Of a stretch of DNA of 32,000 bases, positions 26,470 through 32,000 are shown piece after piece. How positions within the stretch are numbered: position 1 is the stretch's first letter; the number at the start of each line of letters is the position of its first letter. Source of the DNA: Candidatus Thorarchaeota archaeon (GTDB lineage: Archaea; Asgardarchaeota; Heimdallarchaeia; Hodarchaeales; Hodarchaeaceae); NCBI GenBank assembly GCA_048882505.1, contig JBHLRO010000008.1, forward strand, positions 1 through 32,000. Reading direction: 5' to 3'. The translations under genes and the position numbers were made by a program. Below the pieces are notes generated by a model. That model saw nothing but the letters and a program-made list of their open reading frames with translations, ran no database searches and had not been told where the DNA came from.

Positions 26470-27468
26470 GTGAAAGCGATTGTGTGGACAAAATACGGGT
26501 CTCCTGAGGTTCTGGTGTTAAGAGAGGTAGAGAAACCCACCCCCAAGGATAATGAAATCCTGATAAAGGTACATGCGGCAGCTGTAACCATGGGGGACTG
26601 TGAAATGCGAGATCTAAAACTTCCGCTTTCCATTCGGTACTTGATGCGTGTATTTGTTGGAATTAGAAAACCAAAAAGAAGAACAATACTTGGCCAGGAT
26701 CTTTCTGGAGAAATCGAGGCTGTTGGAAGCGATGTAACCCGTTTCAAAAAAGGTGATTATGTTTTTGGAACAACGGGTTTCAAATTTGGGGCTTATGCAG
26801 AATATATTGCTTTGCCTGCGGATAACAGCGACGGGGTACTGGCATTAAAACCGACCAATATAACCCATGAGGAAGCTGCTGCCGTTGTTACGGGGGGATT
26901 AAATGCATTACATTTTCTGAGAAAAGCAAATGTCCAACCAGGACAGAAAATTTTGATCATCGGTGCGGGTGGAAGCATAGGCACTGTCGCGGTCCAATTA
27001 GCTAGATCATACGGTGCTGAAGTGACGGCCATTGATAGTACGAAGAAATTGGAGATGCTAGGTTCTATTGGAGCAGATTATGTCATTGATTACACTCAGG
27101 AAGATTACACCAAACGGGGTGAAGCATTTGATATTGTGTTTGACGTAATTGGGAAGGGCTCACTTTCTAGCACCATAAATTCTGTGAAACCTGGCGGAGT
27201 GTATCTTATGAGCAACCCGCGGTTGACAACAACGATTAGAGGACGCTGGGTCTCAATGAGAAGTAGCAAGAAAGTAGTAGGTGGGACAGCAGACGAATTT
27301 CCTAACCTTCTAAGCAAAATCACAAGGTTAATGGAAGCAGGGACGATTAAAGCAGTCATAGATCGCGCTTATCCGTTGGAGCAAACTGCTGAAGCTCATC
27401 GGTATGTAGAAACTGGACATAAAGTAGGTAACGTAGTCATTTCTCTGGCTAATTCGAAGAAGGCCTGA
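26470..27468 (+). CDS. Zinc-less NAD(P)-dependent MDR oxidoreductase (quinone reductase-like), copy 1
   Basis: KAIVWTKYGSPEVL, GQDLSGEI (no GHE), GAGGSIG, AEAHRYVE; GTG 26470 or TTG 26440, both with an RBS. Confidence 0.88.
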   Translation: MKAIVWTKYGSPEVLVLREVEKPTPKDNEILIKVHAAAVTMGDCEMRDLKLPLSIRYLMRVFVGIRKPKRRTILGQDLSGEIEAVGSDVTRFKKGDYVFGTTGFKFGAYAEYIALPADNSDGVLALKPTNITHEEAAAVVTGGLNALHFLRKANVQPGQKILIIGAGGSIGTVAVQLARSYGAEVTAIDSTKKLEMLGSIGADYVIDYTQEDYTKRGEAFDIVFDVIGKGSLSSTINSVKPGGVYLMSNPRLTTTIRGRWVSMRSSKKVVGGTADEFPNLLSKITRLMEAGTIKAVIDRAYPLEQTAEAHRYVETGHKVGNVVISLANSKKA

Positions 27469-27748
27469 GGATTTTGGAATTATAATCTGAAGTTCGACGT
27501 TTAGATTTATACTTTAATAAGGATAGATGTTGTATTCAAGAGCGATTTAAGGTTTATTGAAAATTGAATCACAGTTCTATTACCTCATTACAGATCGAAA
27601 TATCGCCATTCTCAATTGAACCGACCGATTTTTATAGAAGGTTCACGTTCTACGAATTTCGCATTTTTGTTGATTTTCACATGTGTCTCTGCCAGATGTT
27701 GTGAGAAGTGATTCCTGGTTTATCAATAGGACACCGAGGAGATCCCAT

Positions 27749-28339
27749 ATGAGCTCAGAGCAACAAACCGCACGAATCGTAGGGATTTTTACGAAAGTTG
27801 AAAGGCTTAAATCCTGGTTCTTTAAAATAGTAGAGGAAGATGTGGGAGATGATATCCCAAGAGATGACATTGCCGCTTCCGTTGTTATAATTGCAATTTG
27901 TTTACCACTTATGCTGTATTTCTATCTGCATCAGGCGATGTCAACGGGATTTTTCACCATAAAATTTGATATATTAGAGGCCGTGTTCCTTTACGGAATA
28001 TTACTCTACTGGATTGTAACATCTGCATTGATTCTGATTGGTCAGAAACATGCTTCGCGCGATTTGGATTCTTTTGGAGGACTTGCATTTGCCACTGTAG
28101 GCTCTGTATGGCTAATTTTTATCTTTCCCTTTGACTTTATTAATTTTGCAGAGGCGTCACCCGATATCCTCAGAATTTTGTTACAGTGGATCTCCAACGA
28201 AATTGCCTTGATAATCCTGATTCTGGCCTTCATCGCACATCTGGTGTTTGCAGTTTTTGCTGGATTTCAGCGAGTCTATGTTCGTAAAGCCATGTCCCGC
28301 CTCAAAAAGGAAGCAATCTCGGCTGATCTTAATACCTGA
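27749..28339 (+). CDS. Hypothetical integral membrane protein
   Basis: About 4 hydrophobic segments, GFFT and FPFDF motifs; ATG 27749 with GAGGAG RBS (track start 27683). Confidence 0.75.
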   Translation: MSSEQQTARIVGIFTKVERLKSWFFKIVEEDVGDDIPRDDIAASVVIIAICLPLMLYFYLHQAMSTGFFTIKFDILEAVFLYGILLYWIVTSALILIGQKHASRDLDSFGGLAFATVGSVWLIFIFPFDFINFAEASPDILRILLQWISNEIALIILILAFIAHLVFAVFAGFQRVYVRKAMSRLKKEAISADLNT

Positions 28340-28354
28340 GATAGGTGATCTATC

Positions 28355-29386
28355 ATGAGCAATCTAGAAAGAAAAGAAAAAATGAATGCAATCATTTATA
28401 CCGAATATGGCCCTCCAGAGGTTCTGAAATTATCAAAGGTCGACAAACCGACTCCGAAAGACGATGAAGTGTTAATACGAATTTATGCCACAACTGTAAA
28501 TTATGGAGATCTAGTAGCCCGGAATTTCAGAAACGTTTCTCCTGGCAAGTTCGCGATGCCTTTGCTTTTCTGGTTTATCGGGAAGTTTGCATTTGGAATC
28601 AGAAAACCTCGCAGAAAAATCTTGGGAAATGAGTTTTCTGGTGTTGTTGAATCCGTAGGTAAAGATGTTACGCTGTTTAAGGAAGGTGACGAAGTTTTTG
28701 GCTGCGCAAGCCAACAGATGGGAGCTTATGCCGAGTACAAGGTGGTTCCAGAAGATGGAATCCTCTCCCTGAAACCGTCCAATATGACCTTTGAGGAGGC
28801 AGCGGTCGTCCCTTATGGATCGATAATGGCAGTGGCATTGCTTAAAAAAATAAATATTCAACCAGGACAAAAAATATTGATTAATGGCGCTTCTGGAACA
28901 ATAGGTGGAGCCACACTACAGCTGGCGAAATCTCATTATGGCGCGGAAGTCACTGGGGTATGTGGTACCCCAAGATTAGATTTTGTGAAATCATTAGGCG
29001 CCGATAAGGTAATTGACTATACCACCACCGATTTCACAGAGAGTGGGGAGAAGTATGACATTGTTTTTGGTGGCTTAGGTCGTACTCCTTATTCCAAAGT
29101 CAAACATGCTCTAAAAAAGAACGGCCGCTATGTCTTAACCAGTTTCAAGATGCGATCAGTCGGACAAATGATACGAACTAAGTTATTCGGGAGTAAGAAA
29201 GTGAATTGTGTCATATTACCAGAAAAAGGAGAAGATCTACGAGAAGCAAAAGAACTAATTGAGGCGGGCAAAATCAAAGCGATTATAGATAAACGTTTTC
29301 CATTTAAGCAAACGGCGGAGGCACACAGGTACGTTGAGGAAGGGAATAAAAAGGGACAAATCGTAATTCAGGTTGTTCAAGAATAG
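28355..29386 (+). CDS. Zinc-less NAD(P)-dependent MDR oxidoreductase, copy 2
   Basis: NAIIYTEYGPPEVL, GNEFSGVV, GASGTIG, AEAHRYVE. Confidence 0.88.
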   Translation: MSNLERKEKMNAIIYTEYGPPEVLKLSKVDKPTPKDDEVLIRIYATTVNYGDLVARNFRNVSPGKFAMPLLFWFIGKFAFGIRKPRRKILGNEFSGVVESVGKDVTLFKEGDEVFGCASQQMGAYAEYKVVPEDGILSLKPSNMTFEEAAVVPYGSIMAVALLKKINIQPGQKILINGASGTIGGATLQLAKSHYGAEVTGVCGTPRLDFVKSLGADKVIDYTTTDFTESGEKYDIVFGGLGRTPYSKVKHALKKNGRYVLTSFKMRSVGQMIRTKLFGSKKVNCVILPEKGEDLREAKELIEAGKIKAIIDKRFPFKQTAEAHRYVEEGNKKGQIVIQVVQE

Positions 29387-29589
29387 AAGGGTTTTAGGTT
29401 CGAAAAAGAATAGGGTATTAGGATCGATTCGAAATGGAGATGTCAGAGAGTGCCTTATGGAGTGGAAATTCATTATTTCCTCGAATCCAAAATAGGAGAA
29501 AGCTAAGCACTCTGGTGATATACCTGTTTAACTATCTTTGACTGTCGTTAGTCTTATTAAGCTTCCATGGAGGAACTCTGCGGATTATT

Positions 29590-31149
29590 ATGACAATTTC
29601 CGATGACCAGTTCGATGTTGTAATTGTTGGCGCGGGCCTGGGGGGATTAACTGCTGGTGCTAAATTGGCTAAAGAGGGTAAAAAGACCCTAGTTATAGAA
29701 CAACATTCGAAAATGGGTGGGTGTGCCACTTGGTTTAAAAGAGAAGGCATTACCTTCGAAATAGGCCTCCACGAAATGGATGGTTTAGATAATCCTGATA
29801 ATCCAAAGCAGTTGATATTCAACGACCTTGGGGTATATGATCATGTCCAGTTTTTGCGTGTTCCTGAATTTTACAGGATAACCAATGGCCGATTTGATGT
29901 GGTTATCCCCCATGGAGTTGATGAGGCGAGAGCTGCTTTATCAATTGCATTTCCAAAGGATATCGATGCTATTGATACCTTTTTTGTGGATTTGGAGAGA
30001 ATTCCAAGGTTTTTGCGTTCTCAGAATCTACTTGAACTCGCCCCGTTGGCTCATCAAACCATCGGGGGTTATCTAGATAGTCTCACCGATAATGAAGATC
30101 TCAAGTTCGCATTGATTGGAAATCTTGGATATTATGGTGATGACCCTTACAATTTGAGTCTCATCTTTTTTACATCAGCCCAGCGATCATTTTTCACTGG
30201 GGGTGGCCATTTCGTAAGAGGCGGATCACAGCTATTATCAAACTATTTGGCAGAGGTAATCGAGAAAAACGGGGGAACCGTCCTCCGACGCCATTTGGCA
30301 AAAGAAATTCTCGCAGAAGGAGACAGGGTGACGGGAGTCGTTTACCAAAAGAGGAAACCAAAAAAGAAAAACGAAAAGACTGGAAAAGTGGCATCCGAAG
30401 ATAGGGACGAACGGGTTCAACTTCAAACTGCTTACGCTGATGTCGTGATCTCAAACGCATCACTCCCGCAACTGGTAAATACCCTAATTCCTAGTCTTAA
30501 AGATACCGAGTTCGGTAACACAGTTAATTCTATGGAACTCCCGTGTTCGTTGTTTTCATTTTACCTCGGATTCAGTGATCCTCCATCCACCGTGGGTTGT
30601 CAACACTATTCGACCTTTGTTTTCTCCCCAGAATTAAAAAAGTTGAAGGATTTCATAAGATTTGAAAAATCCGAAGATTACGAGAAAAAAGGGTTCGTTT
30701 TTGTGGACTATCAATCCTTTGATACTGGTTTGAACGAGGAAGGGAAATATGCCGGCGTGATCTGCGGCATTGATTATCTGGATCATTGGCAAAAAACGAT
30801 TGGACAAGGAGAGGCGGCGTATGACCAGAAAAAAAGACAAACAGAAGAAATCCTTCTTGATCGTCTAGATCAAGTTTATCCCGGGATTAAGGATCTTGTG
30901 ACAGTACGTGAATTTGCAACCCCCCGCACCATTGTAAAGTATACTATGAATCCTCAAGGCAGTGTGTATGGATTCGCGCAAACCCCTGCTCAATCGGGTC
31001 CTAAAATTCGAGGCCTTAGAAGTTCTCCCTTTATGAACCTCTATTTTGCATCAGTTTGGGTTGGATCGGGAGGATTTTCAGGTGCTATCTCCGCAGGTTA
31101 CGGATGTGCTTCCAAGATATTGAAAAATCATCCTGTTATTAATAGTTGA
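29590..31149 (+). CDS. FAD-dependent oxidoreductase, phytoene desaturase / retinol saturase family (COG1233)
   Basis: GAGLGGL..EQHSKMGGC Rossmann motif, RGGSQ, ATPRT..YT.NPQGSVYG, LYFAS..GGFSG. Confidence 0.85.
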   Translation: MTISDDQFDVVIVGAGLGGLTAGAKLAKEGKKTLVIEQHSKMGGCATWFKREGITFEIGLHEMDGLDNPDNPKQLIFNDLGVYDHVQFLRVPEFYRITNGRFDVVIPHGVDEARAALSIAFPKDIDAIDTFFVDLERIPRFLRSQNLLELAPLAHQTIGGYLDSLTDNEDLKFALIGNLGYYGDDPYNLSLIFFTSAQRSFFTGGGHFVRGGSQLLSNYLAEVIEKNGGTVLRRHLAKEILAEGDRVTGVVYQKRKPKKKNEKTGKVASEDRDERVQLQTAYADVVISNASLPQLVNTLIPSLKDTEFGNTVNSMELPCSLFSFYLGFSDPPSTVGCQHYSTFVFSPELKKLKDFIRFEKSEDYEKKGFVFVDYQSFDTGLNEEGKYAGVICGIDYLDHWQKTIGQGEAAYDQKKRQTEEILLDRLDQVYPGIKDLVTVREFATPRTIVKYTMNPQGSVYGFAQTPAQSGPKIRGLRSSPFMNLYFASVWVGSGGFSGAISAGYGCASKILKNHPVINS

Positions 31150-31199
31150 AGATTTAACATTGGAATTCCATTATTATTTTCCCATAGGAGGTTTTTAAC

Positions 31200-32000
31200 T
31201 TGTTTGACGTTTTATTGAATCAAGAAGAAAAGGAAGTCAAATATAAGGTTCGGGAATTTGTGAAAACCATACCTTCTAGCTGGCTTCGGAAAATGGATCA
31301 AGAAGAGATCCAATATCCCCGAGAGTATGTAGAACGGTTAGGAAACCAAGGTCTCCTTGGTTTAAGATTTCCCCAGGAATATGGCGGAAAGAATCTTGGA
31401 TGGGTGGCCGAAGTTACGGCAATTGAGGAGATCGGGGTGCTCGGAGCCGCCCTTGGATGCTTGTATTCATTACCCAGTATTGTAGGAGAAGCTCTGGAAC
31501 GATTTGGTACAAGAGAACAGAAAGAAAAGTATCTCAAGCCCATCGTTGAGGGAAAACTATTTTGTGCCGAAGCCCTTACCGAACCTCGGGGGGGATCGGA
31601 CTTTTTCGGAGCAACCTGTACTGCCGTAAAGGAGGGTGATATCTTCCTTTTAAGCGGGCAAAAACGATTTGTGGTTGGTTCTGAAGGTGCTGACGTCTTT
31701 TTGGTCTATGCGAAGACCAACCCAGATGCATCTGATCCACGTCAGTCTCTAGGTTGTTTCATTGTAGATAGAACGGATAAGATACACGTCAAGCACGTTT
31801 ATGGACTAATGGGATCCCGAGGCGGTGGAACTGGTCGGCTATTATTCGATAATGCGGAAGTTCCTGAAGAGAATCTGATAGGAAAAGTAGATGCAGGTGG
31901 AGCGATATTCAATCAGATGATGATTCCGGAGAGAATGACATCCGCTGCTGGCGCCATTGGAAGTGCACGTGCAGGGATTGAAGTGGCAGCCAAATACAGC
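31200..32000 (+). CDS. Acyl-CoA dehydrogenase, partial (runs off window end)
   Basis: TTG at 31200 after AGGAGGT (31186-31192); open frame with GLLGLRFPQEYGG, AEALTEPRGGSD, LSGQKRFV, IPERMTSAA. Not in ORF track. Confidence 0.9.
   Translation, partial: MFDVLLNQEEKEVKYKVREFVKTIPSSWLRKMDQEEIQYPREYVERLGNQGLLGLRFPQEYGGKNLGWVAEVTAIEEIGVLGAALGCLYSLPSIVGEALERFGTREQKEKYLKPIVEGKLFCAEALTEPRGGSDFFGATCTAVKEGDIFLLSGQKRFVVGSEGADVFLVYAKTNPDASDPRQSLGCFIVDRTDKIHVKHVYGLMGSRGGGTGRLLFDNAEVPEENLIGKVDAGGAIFNQMMIPERMTSAAGAIGSARAGIEVAAKYS

Noticed and set aside
218-31543. The many 60-150 aa track ORFs nested in or antisense to long genes (e.g. 6858-7310, 25157-25480, 28511-28870, 31298-31543)
   Set aside because: They overlap well-supported genes, lack recognisable motifs and are expected shadow ORFs.

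Overview
A 32-kb archaeal chromosomal window, most likely from an Asgard archaeon and probably Heimdallarchaeia-like. This is an inference from a longin-like/Arf-like GTPase, a RING-type zinc domain, isopentenyl phosphate kinase, a PGF-CTERM protein, TATA-like promoters and oligo-T terminators. No rRNA, tRNA, CRISPR array or intact mobile element was recognised. From left to right: a partial ORF, a longin+Arf-like small GTPase, acyl-CoA dehydrogenase, oligoendopeptidase F, and a 1088-aa membrane-anchored protein with eight DxDxDG repeats. An isoprenoid cluster follows (QW-motif alpha/alpha-toroid protein, ipk, VTE5/FOLK-like prenol kinase, short-chain prenyl diphosphate synthase), then a PGF-CTERM surface glycoprotein, a ~1-kb poorly coding region, doxX and a 4-Cys HTH regulator. 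Next are a 1038-aa alpha-helical protein ending in a Zn finger + RING directly upstream of a type IA topoisomerase, a secreted Ntn hydrolase, an orphan eutA preceded by a structured element, and two zinc-less MDR oxidoreductases around a membrane protein. The window ends with a CrtI/RetSat-like FAD oxidoreductase and a truncated second acyl-CoA dehydrogenase missed by the ORF track. The strongest leads are the solenoid+ZnF-RING protein (GATOR2/HOPS-like C-terminus), the longin-GTPase fusion with a degenerate G3 motif, and the putative prenol-salvage cluster. All family assignments come from motif recognition by eye; no database searches were run.
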